64,000 bases of DNA from Nymphaea colorata (taxonomy: Eukaryota): contig NC_045138.2 of NCBI RefSeq assembly GCF_008831285.2, forward strand, positions 496,001 to 560,000, in the 5' to 3' direction. Both the position numbers and the translations under genes were made by a program. How positions within the stretch are numbered: the first letter of the stretch is position 1; every line of letters starts with the position of its first letter. The notes below the pieces were generated by a model. The model searched no databases and was not told the DNA's origin. It saw only the letters and a program-made list of their open reading frames with translations. Below are positions 42,334 through 56,912 of this stretch, piece after piece.

Positions 42334-45300
42334 CTAGGCATAAAATTTCTTGAGGTGAATGGCATTAACAGGATCGGCAAGTTCCACCCCATCAGCATCG
42401 ATCAGTCGGTAGGAATTTTGGGGCAAGACTTCTTTAACAACATATGGGTCTTTCCAGTTTGGTGCCCATTTACCATGCAGTTGTCCTCTGAATTATACAA
42501 CCGATCGTTGGACCAAGTCATTCACTTTGAATTGCCTCTCAATAACTGATTTTGCAAATTGTCTAGCGAACCTTTGACGATAAGCTTAAGCATACTCAGC
42601 CGCTTTTAGCCTCTTTTCATCTAGCAAATCGAGCTGCATTAGCTTTTTCTGCTGATGTTGATTTAGAGGAAGCTCTATAAGAGAAGCGAATTTCAAAGCA
42701 GGTTTCAACACATGTAATGGTAGGACTACTTCCGTTCCATAGACTAATTCTGCTGGAGTAGCATTTGTTGGAGTTCTCATAGTGGTGCGATATGCTCATA
42801 GAGCGTTAGACATCTTTTCGTGCCAGTCTCTTCTTGTTTCTACTGTCTGTTCCAGGATACGAATCCGGATCTTATTGGTGGCCTCCACCTACCCATTACC
42901 TTGGGGGTAGTAGGGAGATGAAAAATGATGTACAATGGGGTATTTGCCGCATAGTTGTCTCATCTTTTCATTTTTTAAATGAGTCCCCTTATCAGATACT
43001 ACATTATGAGGGACTCCAAATCTGCAAAGGATATTTTTATGAATGAATGACACTACATGACATCATTCTACATTTCTGAGTGTGATGACTTCTACCCATT
43101 TGGTAAAATAGTCTGTTGCAGCAAGAAAATACTTATGGCCATTAGAAGTTGCGGGGGATATCGGTCCACCTACATCAAATGCCCACATTAAAAATGGCCA
43201 AGGAGATGCTGCAGAATGCAGGTGAGATGTTGGGGCATAGATCTCCAGAGCATGTAGTTGACACTCTTTGCATCTTTTGACGAATTGGTGACAATATTTT
43301 TGCGTAGTAGGCCAGTAATATCCCGCTTGAATTATCTATTTGGTGAGGGTTTGGTAACCAACATGGCCTCCACAGTCTCCTCGATGTGACTCTTTGATGA
43401 CTTCCTTTGCTTCATCTTCATCAAGGCACTGAGAGTATTCAGTACTAAATCCACGTCTGTATAGCACTCCTGCAAGAATAAAGTATCTTGCTGACATACG
43501 CTGAATTGCTTTCTGTTCATTTTTGGACATTTCAATCGGGAATTCTCCACTTTCAATGTATCTTTTAATGTCATAATACCAAGGCATATTCCCCCCTTGG
43601 ATATGATGAACATGTTTCATTACTTCAAAAGCAAGTGCTCCAATCTTCCAATCTTAAAACAACGGTTTGCTTCATTGGTTCAGAAGGTGATAGTGGATCC
43701 TAGGCTCGCGAGGCCATTCGCAATAGGGTTACCTTCTCTCTTTATGTGAGCCAGTTGTACTTCTTCAAATTGACGGATTAAAGAGGTAGCGATCTCTTGA
43801 TATGACACTAAATTTTCGTCTTTGACTTGCCATTCTCCATTCACTTGGTTTATAATAAGCTGAGAGTCGCTGAAAGCATGCACCCTTTTCACTTGAGAAC
43901 TTAATAAAGAACGAAGTCCTTGAATGAGGGCTTTATATTCTGTCATGTTATGGGTACATGGAAAGTCGAGTTTCAAGGAATATGAGATTATTTCATCTTC
44001 TGGAGTGATGAGTAGGATGCCTATTCTTGCTCCCATCACATTCCTGTATCCATCAAAATACATCTTTCATGTCGAAACAGTTTCTGATCTTAATACATGT
44101 TTGTCTGGAAACTCATCATTTGTTCTGATTTCCTCGTATTGGTAAAACTCTACTAACTGGTCTGCAAGTACTTGTCATTTGATTGACTTTTGGGATATAT
44201 ATTCAAGATCATATTGCATCAACAGAACTTACCATTTGGCGATGCGCCCATTAAGGAATGGTTGTTCCAAGATGTACTTGAGAGGATTCAGCTTGGAGAG
44301 CATCTTGACCTCACAAGCTAATAAATAATGTCTCAACTTCTGACACATCCAAACCAATGCCAAACAAGTTTTCTCTATTGGAGAGTACTTTTTCTCGTAC
44401 TCGACAAAAGTTTTGTTAATATAATAAATTGCATATTCGATGCAACTTCCTTCCTCATATTGTGTCAAAAAACCGTCACATGTTGACTCATTCACTGTAA
44501 TGTAAAGAAGCAATGGTCTACCCAACACTAGAGGTTTTAGAATTGGCGGATTTAGAAGGTATTTCTTGATTTTTTAAAATGACTACTGGCATTCAAAACC
44601 CCATTCAAACTTGGCACCTTTCCTTAGCAGCTGGTTGAATGGTTCGCATCTCATGGCTAGATTGGAAATGAATCGTCTAATGGACTAGATTCGCCCTTGC
44701 AAACTTCGTAGTTCCCTGATATTGGTAGGTGGTGGCATATCGATGATTGTTTTAGCTTTGGTGAGATCCATCTCGTTTCCCCTTTTACAGACCATGAAAC
44801 CCAAAAGTTTGCATGATTCAACTCCAAATACACATTTTTGAGGATTCAAATGAAGTCTGTATTGTAAGAATCTCTCAAACACCTGGACGAGAGTTTCAAT
44901 GTAGTCTTCTCTTGCTTTAGATTTAGTCAGGATGTCATCAATATATGCATCCATGATTTTGTGCATCTGATCATAGAAGATAGCGGTCATAGCTCTTTGA
45001 TAAGTTGCTCCAGCGTTTTTCAACCCAAACGACATCACCGTATAACAGAAAGTGCTCCAAGGTGTAGTAAAAGCGGTCTTAGGTTGATCATTGACTGTTA
45101 ATTTGATTTGGTTATAGCCCGAATATTCATCCATAAAAGATAACATTGTGTGCCCTGCGGTACTATCAACCAATAGATCGATGTTTGGAAGTGGATAATC
45201 ATCTTTTGGTGTGGCTTTGTTCTGGTCTCGAAATTCGATACATAATCTGACTTTACCATTTTTTTGAGACAACCACGATATTATCCAACCACTCGGGGTA

Positions 45301-48300
45301 GTCAATGGCACGAATAAATTTTGCCCTTAGTAGGTCTTCTAATCTTTCTTTTACTGGTCCTTCTAGTGGAGGATCAAACTTGCATAACTTTTGCTTAACT
45401 GGCTTCCAATAAGGATTTAAGGGCAAACGATGTTCAACCAACTGGGGGTCTAATCCTGGCATATCTGCATAAGTCCAAGCAAAAGTTTTTTGGTTGCTTA
45501 TAAGAAAGTTCAGCAGTCTTTTCCTCTCGTCTACTGACAAACTAGTACCAATTTGAAGGATTTTAAGATCCTCGTTGGTTCCAATATTAATCTCTTTGAT
45601 TGGATCATTAACCATGGATGAGGGATGTTCTTGTTTCTGAATCTGAGTGAATCTTGGTAACTTTGACTCAGGTATTGTCGTAGATTCCATTTCACCAACT
45701 GCTTTTTTGACAAATGCTTTTTAGGAGGACTTTCGAGAGAAAAAAAGAAATTGAGACACATTGAATTTCGACATCCAGTAAAGAGGAGGATAAAGGGGAA
45801 AAAAATGAACAAAATTAAACTTGATAACAAAAGATTACTTTGCATTGCATATTGAAATGAAGTTCTTAGTTCATAAATGGGGGTCCTCTCATGAGACCAG
45901 ACAAAAGGAAGTACAAAAAAAGTTTCAGATTACAAAATTCGTGGGAGGATTTGAAACAAAGGTGAACTATCAGCCCACAAGATCTTCTTTAAATTTCTTC
46001 ATGGTATCTCAGTCCCCTGGTATTCATCTTAAAAGGGATACTAATCGGCCACAAGATGCCATCTTCATCCTTCCCAAGACCAGTGAATGGACGATAGCCA
46101 CTTTTCAAAAGCAATTGAAATCCCTTAGGGGTTTTCATGAAATGAACGTATAAGGGATGTTTTTGATAACTTGCACGATTGCTTGAAATAGTATGGACAC
46201 TCCCAGATGATTCCCCTATCTCCATGTTATGCATCCATTCTTTCAAAGGTCTGTCGTTCTTATGCTCGGTACATCCACTGGATCAATTGGCCTAGAAAGC
46301 ATGAGTTGCACCAACCTTTTGACCAGATCCTCAGCGCGTACGGTGATGACTGATAGACCAAAATTCCATTTGAGGCATTGATGAAGAGTGGATGGGATCC
46401 CTCATACTTGGTGGATCCAATGTCGTCCCAAAAGCAAGTTATATAATGGTGGTACATTAACCACATGAAATACGATGCAATGGCTAGTGTTTTCAATAAT
46501 CACATTCATGTCGAGAGTACATTTGTTGTTCATGCCTCGACCATCGTATCCGTAGATCTTGATATGATCGGCATGATATTTGTCTTCACGAAATCCTAAA
46601 GCTTTGGCCGTGAGATCGGGACAAATATTTAAGTCACTTCCTCCATCGATCAATACATGTGGCACAGTCATTCCATTGACTTGGACAATGATGTAAAGAG
46701 CATCTTCATGAAAATATCCCCGTTTTGAGAGGTCCTTCTTTGAAAAGGTAATTGATTGGTCCTTAAAGGAGTGAATCCAATCTCCTACAACCATACACTC
46801 TTACAGGGGGAAGAGTTCACCCAAGTAGCATGGATCTTTGTCTGAAGAATTATTTGATGATTCATCCTCGTTGCCTCGTAAGATGAAAGTCTTTGGGATT
46901 ATTAGAAGTTTTTTGGGTGAACTTTCTGTCTTGCTACTCATCATAGCAATAAAATCCAAATGTTTCTCACCTTGATTTGTTATCATGACTTTATGTGAAC
47001 TACTTCTATCACAAGGTCGGATGTGCTCCTGCAGATGATATGGGAGTCGAGTACCTGTGGTGATCATGGCCACTGCCGCCTTCCCATGGTCAGAAAATGG
47101 ATTCCTCAACACCTCAGGAATGCTATCATCACCAATTTGGAGATCCTTGTTTATGAAGTCTTGGATAATATTTTTGAGGACAAAACAATTCTCAGTGTCA
47201 TGACCAGGGGCATGATGAAACTTACACAGTTTTTCTTTATTTTCTCTCATCATTTTCGAAGGCTCTGACATTTTTGGCAAGACGAGGGTTCCTTTGGTGA
47301 GGAGATATTCCATGATCTTCTCACGAGACTGACTGAGAGGAGTGAATTTCCGGTCATAACTCTAGCCAAGGTGTTTGTTTCTCCTTTCATCATTGCCTTT
47401 GGGAACTGCATGTTCTTCTTGAGACTGTCTTCCTTATCATGTTTGTAGCTGTTGTTGTTCTCCTTTCGAATGTCGGCGTTAACTATGAAGTGTGCATGCA
47501 ATTGTGTTCTTCCTCCTTTCTTACCGTCCTCCTTGTACTTAGGAGCAATGATTCCATCGAAATCACCTTCCTCTATTGAATTTGCTTGTTCAATCAACTC
47601 AGCAAAAGACTTGATCGGGGCATTGTGGATAAGACTTTTCAAGGGCTTGGCAAGATTCTTCCTTATGAGCGACAGAGCTTGTATTTCAGAAATTGGCTCC
47701 TTTATCTTGTTGCATTGAATTCTTCATTTTTTGATGAATTCTCGAGTCTTTTCTCCTTGTTTATGACAGAGACTGCAAATGGTACTGAGGGTGGAAGCTA
47801 TTGGAGCATTTTGCTCAAATCTTTCGACAAACATATTATTCAATTTGTCAAATTCTTTCAGTTCGACCGGGTTGACATTTTCTTTGTACCATTGTGCGGT
47901 GATGCCTTCAAAACTTCTCTGGAAATAGCAAAAGAAAGCTCTGTTGTTTGCCCAAATTTTGTAGCAATCATTGAAGAAGGTTGAAAGATGAACATGCGGG
48001 TAAGTGGTTCCATCATATCTGATGAACTCTCTCGGTAAGCCTTTCACGTCTTCATCTCCTTCAATACCAAAGTAATAATCCTCACATGAATATGAGTGTT
48101 TTCCTTTTCTCCTAAGTTCAAGATTGTTCATCCTTTTTTCCATTTCACAGAGCATGCGCTTAGTTGGACTTTCATCGTCACTTGACTCGATTAATTCTGG
48201 CTTTCTCTTTTTGTTTTTGCCCTTGATCTCTTTTACTTTCTTTGGCGAATTTTCACTGTCTGAGCTATTGCTAGGGATGTATCTCCTTGTCTTTTTGCCC

Positions 48301-48320
48301 TTTTTGGTGGGTTGTCTCAT
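42334..48320 (-). pseudogene. gag-pol of the Tat/Ogre element (multiple stops and frameshifts)
   Basis: gag (YDGTTYPHVHL..QWY; CKFHHAPGHDTENC); protease LIDGGSDLNIC; RT (DLLVDSTAGH..LSFMDEYSGYNQI..FGLKNAGATYQRAM..YIDDIL); RNase H (YSPIEKTCLALVW..KLRHYL); second RNase H (MYFDG..SDSQLIINQVNGEW); integrase (HRGDCGGH, TPAELVYGTEVVLP, ..VNAIHLKKFYA* ending at 42334). Confidence 0.93.
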
Positions 48321-48529
48321 TCTTTGGGTTTCTCTTTTGAGCTTCCAGTGGTGATAGGACTAGGTGAGCTACTTTCCGCAATAATTTTTTTTCCCTTCTT
48401 GTTTTTTTTTTGTTGTTTTTTTTTTCTTGAGAGGAAGCAACACGGGTTTTTCCTCCTTGCTAGTTGTTTAATCTGAGTCTATATGATATTCGTCTCAATC
48501 TGTAGGAGAAGATTTGTTGTTTTTCTTCT

Positions 48530-50133
48530 TTCTCTTCTACTTGGTAACTTTTTCATTTTCTGTTTCTGAAGCAATCATTAAGGCCATTTGTTCTTCTTGT
48601 TCCCTCATGAATCGCTCCAAGAACAACCGAAACATATGATAGCCTTCTGGCTCAATTGCTGTGAGACCAAGTGTTTCTTGCCCAAGCTCAAAAGATCAAG
48701 CCTTGTTCTGGGGAGCCTGTTTAGCTTGCGATCTGCTTTCAACCATCTTGTTGGCTTTCAAGTATTCACCTTGTGAGACATGAAAAAGAAGAATCATTGG
48801 AAGGAAAAGATAACAAAATGAAGGTTCATATTGCATTAAGAGTTTCTTTTTAAAGTTACATCCAAAGGAAATACTAATAAAGATAACAACAATTGAAGAT
48901 GAAATAAGGAGTACAAAGTTGACAACATAAACTTTTAAAAAATGATGGACGGTGGTCGGTTGGCATCCCACCACTATTTCTTCTTCACTACTGGGCATGT
49001 GAACCAAGTGTATGATATTTATGTCTTCCATTCTTGTCGAGCTACTGCAAACAATGCCGCCTATTTAGGGGAACTGAGGTCGAGTTCGGGAATAGCTTCG
49101 ATTGGTACATGCCAGGAAACCATCTTTTGTCTCTGAGAGAACTGTCTCATGCATCTATCAGCGCAATAATCAACTATGAAATAAGGACCCCAGAGTGTGG
49201 TACGTCCATGATACTGATGAGTGTATCGAGGTGGACTTTGACGACGGTCATAGTAGTCCCAAATGATCTCATCTCCATTCAATTGCTCAATCAAATGATG
49301 GTATTGCTCTAAGGTTGTCAATGCTCCATCAGTGTTTCTGAATAGACCGGCTTGGGGTCACGCATGCTTGAGAAACCACAATTACAAAGCATATGTGCAT
49401 CCTTCTGTGAAGTCGGTATCTCCAATGGTGAAGCGAGTGAGTCCTCAGTAGAGAAAGGTTAAGGTTGGCATTGCTACTGACAAGTGTTAGGTCCCACTAT
49501 GCTCCCATATGCAGAAAGGTTGGGCAATACGAACATCTAGGAGGTCACTTCCATCAGTGAAAATGGTCACTTCTACTATGCAGAGCATCATACAATGTTT
49601 ATTTCTTCCTATGGCTTTTCGAGGTAGGGTAGAAGGTTCAACATAGGTTCCAAATTCATCATACAAAATTTTCAGGTTGATGCTTTGGCTCTCATGGTTT
49701 TCTAATAGGGGCCAAGTTTTTCGTCCAGTAAAGTGGCCTATAAGGTCATTTGAATTAACCTTAGTCGAGTTCATGATGAATTGTTTTTCTAATGGCTCAT
49801 TCAGGTCACAAGTCGGGGTGGGAAGGTCTAGTATTTCGACAAATTCATCTAATAATATTGTCATTTCTCCTCATAGAAACCAAAAAGATGAGGTCATTGG
49901 ATTCCAACGCTCGGTGATTGCATGCACCAAATTTCCATCCATTGTCTGCAGTCCTCCGGTTGTCACTATCTCTAGCCCACATTCTTCAAAGTAAGAAGGA
50001 AACATCTGAGAGAATGTGAGATGCCAAGACCGATACCATTCGGGAGCTAAAGGTTTATACTCAAGAGAGATGTAAGTAGACTATTCGGGTTCTTCTCCAA
50101 AGAGGATATGATCATAAGAGAATGTGATGCCAT
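48530..50133 (-). pseudogene. Extra ORF upstream of gag with a Plant Mobile Domain (PMD, MAIN/MAIL-like); boundaries approximate
   Basis: AITERWNPMTSSFWFL*GEMTILLDEFVEILDLP, PTLTFLY*GL, GCTYAL*LWFLKH and DYCADRCMRQF match, in order, the PMD motifs ERW...HTF...GEMTITL, LA.LY..L, LLQ.W..EH and Y.P.RV.RQF. Confidence 0.75.
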
Positions 50134-50948
50134 GTTGGAAAGAATACATCTCGAATGATAACTCTAAAGGATAAAGATTGAATTAGTGAAAAGATTGACT
50201 AGGTTGACGAAGACAACGTAAAGTACGGGTAAGCAATGAGGTTGTAAGACATCACACAAGGTTTTATGCACATCCATATGTCGTTTGAAATAATTTTCCT
50301 AGAAAATGGGTATAGGTACCTAATTGAGATAATTTTGTGTCACGATGGTCCAATACCAAGTTATGTTTATATACTATAGCCAAATGGCTTAGTACGAGCA
50401 TAGATTCTTTCATAGGTAACTAAGGGTAGGGTTTATCAACTTCTCCTTGATCGCTCATCGATGTACCACAAATTACCACTTATGGTACTAACGAGGGGGC
50501 TTTTTCACCCAAGGTGTGGTCTAGTTGTAAGGCTTAGTCTTGTGCTACCGCCAAAGACCAAGCATGACAACATGAAGACCGAGACCAATAGGGATGAGGA
50601 ATTATGAAATATGAAAAATCATGTAAAATGAGTTGTCTCTAATGCAATGTTGCCTAAGATGATGATTGAAATAAATATAAGAGCAAACATTGTTCTCAAA
50701 TAAATCTTAAATTGATCAAGGTTGTATTTGATATTAGATCTAAGTGAACATGATTGATCCTCCTCAATTAGTCACATATGCAAAAAAGCAAACGCAACCA
50801 CTAAGCAATGCAATGAAATGCCAATGAGGTCAAGGCCAAAATAGAGGACATGCTTTATCATTGGCAATATATGAGATGTTCAAATTTGTGAAAATGCATC
50901 AATTATGATCACAGTCAAACGATGACGGGTCTCATCACGGTCGTCATC

Positions 50949-53900
50949 TATTTGCATCCTCAAAACTATGGTATTTGGAGTGCTCCAGAAAAATGAGATA
51001 TTGTTTTGAAAAAGGAAAGAATGGGACTCGCCCGTCGGTATGAGAATCGATCGTTCCCGGTGCCTTTACTAGGGGTAATCAATCCAAGGGTTATGTCTAT
51101 TATTGATGCATTTCATTTTGGCTTAAACATCTTTTCATTCTATATATGGTGTATAAAATATTGAAAGTTTGATGTTTCAAACTTTTGAAAAGACTCTTGA
51201 AGAGTTGCTTGAAAATATAAAATGTTTTGAGAAAAAAGTGGAATTAGTAAATATCATTTGAAAAGCTTGTGAAATCATTTTGAAATCACTTTAGTGTTCT
51301 CCTAAGACTTTAAGTAAGTTTGAGATTTTGCTCTAATTCGGTTACCACCTAGTTAGAACTCCATCTCATCTTGCTTAAGTTCTTTTGGAGACGTGCTTGT
51401 GATCATGAGTGGAATAAAGTGGGTGAGAATGCATGGATGCATTTATCCTATATCATTGAAAGAATGTAAAATATTCCTACCACAACATTCATCTAAAGTC
51501 ATTTCTACCTCAACATACATATAAAATTTTATTGTTATAATTATTGTATATAAGAAGGAAAAGTTTTTGAAAAGAGATAGGAATTGTAGACCATCAAGCA
51601 TGATTCCAATATTGGGTCATTAATTGGATTGTGGTCTTAATGAAGTTGGTAAATAGAAAGCTCGTGAGATGAGAGTGTTAAAAGAATACAAGAGATAAAA
51701 CACTCTTATGAAAAGAAAAAGAGAGAGATAGAGAAAGACATGCATATATGTGTACATACCATCACATATACACATATATGAAAGCTTAAGAGAAAAAGAT
51801 GTATTAATTTGAAGAGAAAAATAAAGGTTTTAGAGGAAAAGAAAAATATACATATGTATATATGGGTATGTATAAGAAATTTCGTAAGTGGAGATATTTG
51901 TCTTGAAAAAATGAATAAAATATTTGAATCAGAGGAAATAGAGCACATATGCATACACATTCATGCATATATGAAAATTTGTAAAATGGAAAGTGAAAGC
52001 ATAGAGAGAGAAAGATGGGGGGATCATCATGAGTGCATGGATGTATATAATATGTATATACATACATGCATTCACAAGATTAGAAATCAAGGAATAACTT
52101 AAGATTACCAACTTCAAGTTTAATGTGGTCAGGAGGGGAGCTTGGACTCAAGCAAGAGTCTAAGCTAAGACCCTAAGGCCGTATTAAAAGGTTAGTTTTG
52201 AAAATGTTTTGTAAACTATGATTTATGTATAAACATAAAATGTTATTACTTAGTTGTTACAAGGAATATATTTCTTCCATCGTTGGGTATGGAAGAAAAC
52301 AAGCAATATAACGAGGCACTCATTAGGGTTTCTAATGGGGTGACTAAGAAGGAAACTTATACGCAATGACATGAAAATGCATTTTTAACATGTACATATT
52401 CGTGAATGTTTTTTCGGGTTGAACAAGTCCCAACATCAAAAATTAATATGAAGATAAGAATGAAGAACCCCAAGTCACACTCTCATTCTCATCTTACATT
52501 CACATAATAACAGAAAAGTAAACTATTATGCATCGGTGATACATAGACAATATTCATGGAAGGAAAAAGAGAGAAAGAGAAAGATTCAACTAGGAAGGAG
52601 GGCATAATATAACTATAAAATGAATGATTATCTCATCTTTTCATGCTCTCGGTGCACTTGAGCATAGACTCTTGCCTCTAAGAAGAGATTGAGTGCTATC
52701 TCCTTTGACCATGAGGAGATAAAGGTGAGAAGAAAATGAAGAAAGGAAGACAATGCTATATTCAATAAAAAAGAAAACATGATTCAATCATGAAATGAAA
52801 GATCATCTCATTTTTTCATGTTTCCGGTGCACTTGAGCATACCTCTTGTTTCTAAAAAGAGGTTGAGTGATATCTCCTATGGTCATGGGGAGATGAAGAT
52901 GAAAGGAAAAAATGAAAACAACAACAAGACTATATTTAAAAAAAAATAAGAAATCGCAAGAACATATTAATGAAGAGAAAGAATAACAACAACAAAAATA
53001 TTTGAAAGAGCATGATTTAATCATAAAATAAAATATCATCTCATCTTCTCTTGCTCCCGGTGCACTTGAGCATAGTATTTTGTCTCTAAAAAGAGGTTGA
53101 ATTTTTTTACCTTTGACCATAGAGAGATGAAGATGAGAAGAAAAAATGAAAACAACAACAAGACTATGTTAAAAAAAAATGAATAGCATAATAATAAGAA
53201 CATATTAATGAAGAGAAAGAATAACAACAATAAGAATATTTGAAAGAGCATGATTTAATCATAAAATAAAATATAATCTCATCTTCTCATGCTATCGGTG
53301 CACTTGAGCATACCCTCTTGTCTCTAAAAAGTGGTTGAGTGCTATCTCCTTTAGCCATGGGGAGATGAAGATGAGAAGAGAAAAAAGAGATAAATGAAAG
53401 AGGTGACATACCTCTAATGAGAAATGACCTAAGCAAGATGAACACCTTCACTTAAAGATCCTCTTTGAGTGAATCTCCAAGATGATGCCTCCAAGAGGGT
53501 TGTAGTTTGCTCCAAGTTGAAGAAGAAAATTGAGCGAGGAAGAGGGAGAGATAGAGCTCAAGAGAAACTCTAAGTCTTTAAGCCCAATGGCTAATCTTAA
53601 CCAAGAGGGGGAAAGTGGGGGGTATTTATAAAGGATTTTAGATCCAAAACTCAAAATTTGAATTTTTTGAATTTCACCCCATTTTCATCTAAATTTCACA
53701 TAATTTTGAATTATTTTGAAAAAGAAATGGTTTGAAAATAGATATAATTGGTCATTAGGCTTATAAAAAGATATATATTTTTTAAAATAAAAAAAAAGTT
53801 GGGTCTTTCTTCACCCAAGAGGACTAAAATCACTCTCTAAAAGAAGGTCTTTTGTCAAAAAAAAGAGGCAAATCCACCATAAAACTAAATCACCCTCTAA

Positions 53901-54155
53901 AATGAGGTCTTTTGTCAAAAGAATGAGCAAAAGGGTCTTGTCCACCAAAAAAACTAAAATTACCCTCTAAAATGAGGTATTTTGTCAAAAAGGAGGGGCA
54001 AATAGGTCTTAAATGCTTGATTTGGATTTGGGCTTGGGTTTTTGAATCTAATTGGGATTTGGACTATAGCTTTGGACCAATTTAAATCAAAAAATTGGGT
54101 TTTGTGTTTTTAATAAAAGAGCGCATTCTTTTTTGAAAAATTTGAGGTGATTACA
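50949..54155 (-). repeat. 5' LTR (3207 bp)
   Basis: Starts TGTAATCACCTC on the minus strand and has TATAAATA at 53630-53623. It holds four copies of an internal ggtgcacttgagcata unit. A degenerate PBS (GATGACGACCGTGATGAGAC, resembling TGGCGAC tRNA-Arg-type sites) follows at 50948-50929. Confidence 0.92.
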
Positions 54156-55274
54156 CTTATCAAGGAAGCACACTACGTAAAGTCCACCAATTAAATAATC
54201 AAGTGACCGATTTCAAATCCATGCCACATCTAAAAACAATCATGGATATGTGGTTCGAAAGGGGAAGGAGTTCTGACTGTAGATCAGCAAATTTGAGATC
54301 ATCAGTTATTAGAGATTATCATAGATCTTAGATACAGAGCGAGCCTGCAAGCATAAAGTAAAGAAATTTGGATTTACTTTATAAGTTCTCAAAAGTTTTG
54401 AATATCACTTCGTTTGGAAGACAAGGTACTTTAGATCTGTTTCTACAAGATCGTCTAAGTGGGTTGAGGCCGACAAAAAAGTTTGTATTATTTTATGAAG
54501 GGAAGCATACAATGTGTTTGAGTCTACTCCATATTGTTGCGTATTTGAGATAATTGATTGAAAAAATTTATCTTTCTTTGGATGAGTAAAGAGAGTATTT
54601 TATCCTACCACCCAATTAGAAGACCGAAGCTCCCATCTTTCCCTTCATCCCTCGAAGTATCATATTTGTTTTCGGTGCTTTAAAGTGATGTCTCTGCTAT
54701 GTTTCAACTTACATATTAGTACTCCTCCATCAGAATACTAGAAATTGACATTTTGAGGGTTCAAAACAGAGAATGTAGGACAGAATACCAAAATAATTTG
54801 GTTTAAATACTGTTTATATTGGCAGCTTGCTCATGCAATATGAACCCATAGCTGGTCGGCCGCTTGTCACATGTTAAAGTGACATGGGCACTACACCCTT
54901 TGTGCCAATGAGGTGGAGTGCTGTGCTAAGTGGTGGACAACATGGGTTACATTGTAGTGATAGAGCCACATATAGTTAGCGGTGGGGAGTTGCCCACACT
55001 AGCCTTGTATTTTTTTTTTTTGGCATTGATACATCTCATTTTCTCACATTAATACATAAATGTGCTCCTAAAGATTTGAGTGCCTAAATTTCTTGGCTCG
55101 AACTTGGCTTGCGTGTCTTGAAAGAAACTCAAACTCCACTCAAGCTCAATTCGAGTTTAACTCGAATTTGATTTCATTAGCTTGAACTCGACTATGCTCG
55201 AGTTCTTAAAACTCGAACTCGGCTTGATTAAGCTCGAGATGAAGATTGGCTTTGAGCCGAGCCAAGCATTATAT

Positions 55275-55525
<251 letters not shown>

Positions 55526-55720
55526 TGAGTGAATGATGATAACAAGGGCAGTTTATTTGAAACGTATAGATATTGAGAGAAAAATAAGGAGAAAAAAGTT
55601 TAAAATAATATTCGACGACAAAAATATCTATAATTCTTTTTTTATTTCTTTTAGTCATCCATCTTGTTAGACCAATGACTGTAACTAGATGGCTTAGTGA
55701 CTTTGAAAAACCAAATCACC

Positions 55721-55755
<35 letters not shown>

Positions 55756-56799
55756 TGTGTGTGTGTGTGTGTGTGAAATTGATAGGTAATGATAACCCAT
55801 AAGGCATCATATTGGTTATTCAATTTTTCAAGATGGAATACTCATAGAAAATCAAAGAGAAAAAGTTGTTAGTTAATGCTATATGACTAAAATAAATATT
55901 TTATTTCTGTTTTCTCTTTAATTTTCTTTTAAGCTTCCACCTTGAAAAGATCAATTTCTTATATATATATATGTGTGTGTGTGTGTGTAGTCTGTCACTA
56001 AAAGCATTATAAATTTTCTAATGTTGCCCCTATAATGATGGTATTTAATCTACTGAATTTTTATATTTAATATATATGACTTTTTCTGTGTGCATCATAA
56101 CGTTTGAGTTGTTTTCACAAACATAATGATATAAATAAGTAAAAGGCATGAAATATATTATTAAAAAGTTTAAATTGTGACGTATGAATCAAATTATAAT
56201 AGTTGGGAAAGCTTAAATCAATATTTTTTAAAATTTTATAAAATCTAGTTTATACATTGATCCGAGGATTTTCTTAGATTAATATTTTTTTGAAATGTGC
56301 TATCATGATAGTATTAAGGAGCATTGAGTTAGGTTGATTCTTGGAGGGTTACTAGTTGGTAGCTAATGTGGTAGAGTTTTCACCCTTTTTTTTTCTTTCT
56401 CTCCGTCTTTCTCTTTTTTACCATCATTCCATCTGCAATGGTTGACAATTTACCTGATGGTCTTGGTTCATTTGTTCATGGTAGGTTTGGGAAGAGAGCA
56501 ACAACCGAATGTTCAAAAGCTCACAGCGAGTGTTGCTTCTATCAGATGCATTGCGAAGGGAGGTGTCTACCTCGTGCTTTGCACTAGAGAAATTTTTCAT
56601 GAAGATGGTCAAATTAAAGTTTTTAAATTTTAACACGGGTCAAAATATCATTTTTCAAAATTTTTATATAAGACAAGTGATTTTTTTTAAATTACATATA
56701 CATTTAAAAAAAATTAAGCACTGCCAGGGCCCATGCCCCCCCCCTTTCGCCCATGATGCCTGGTCTCTAGAGTTTTGTCATTAGTAAATTTCTTTGTCA

Positions 56800-56843
<44 letters not shown>

Positions 56844-56912
56844 ACTATTTTGATCACCATAATGAAGATTAAGCATCATAATTGAGATCGTTGTCGTAAA
56901 TTAAATGCATCG

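Larger units (their letters stand above)
39556..54155 (-). mobile_element. Full-length decayed Ty3/gypsy LTR retrotransposon, Tat/Ogre lineage
   Basis: TG...CA termini with TSD CTTAT (39551-39555 / 54156-54160) and two long LTRs. Domain order is extra ORF - gag - PR - G-patch - RT - RH - additional RH - INT. PPT AAAGAGGGACAAC abuts the 3' LTR. Confidence 0.95.

Noticed and set aside
40298..52117. Paired similar ORFs at 40298-40650 and 51706-52117
   Set aside because: They are chance ORFs duplicated because they lie in the two LTRs.
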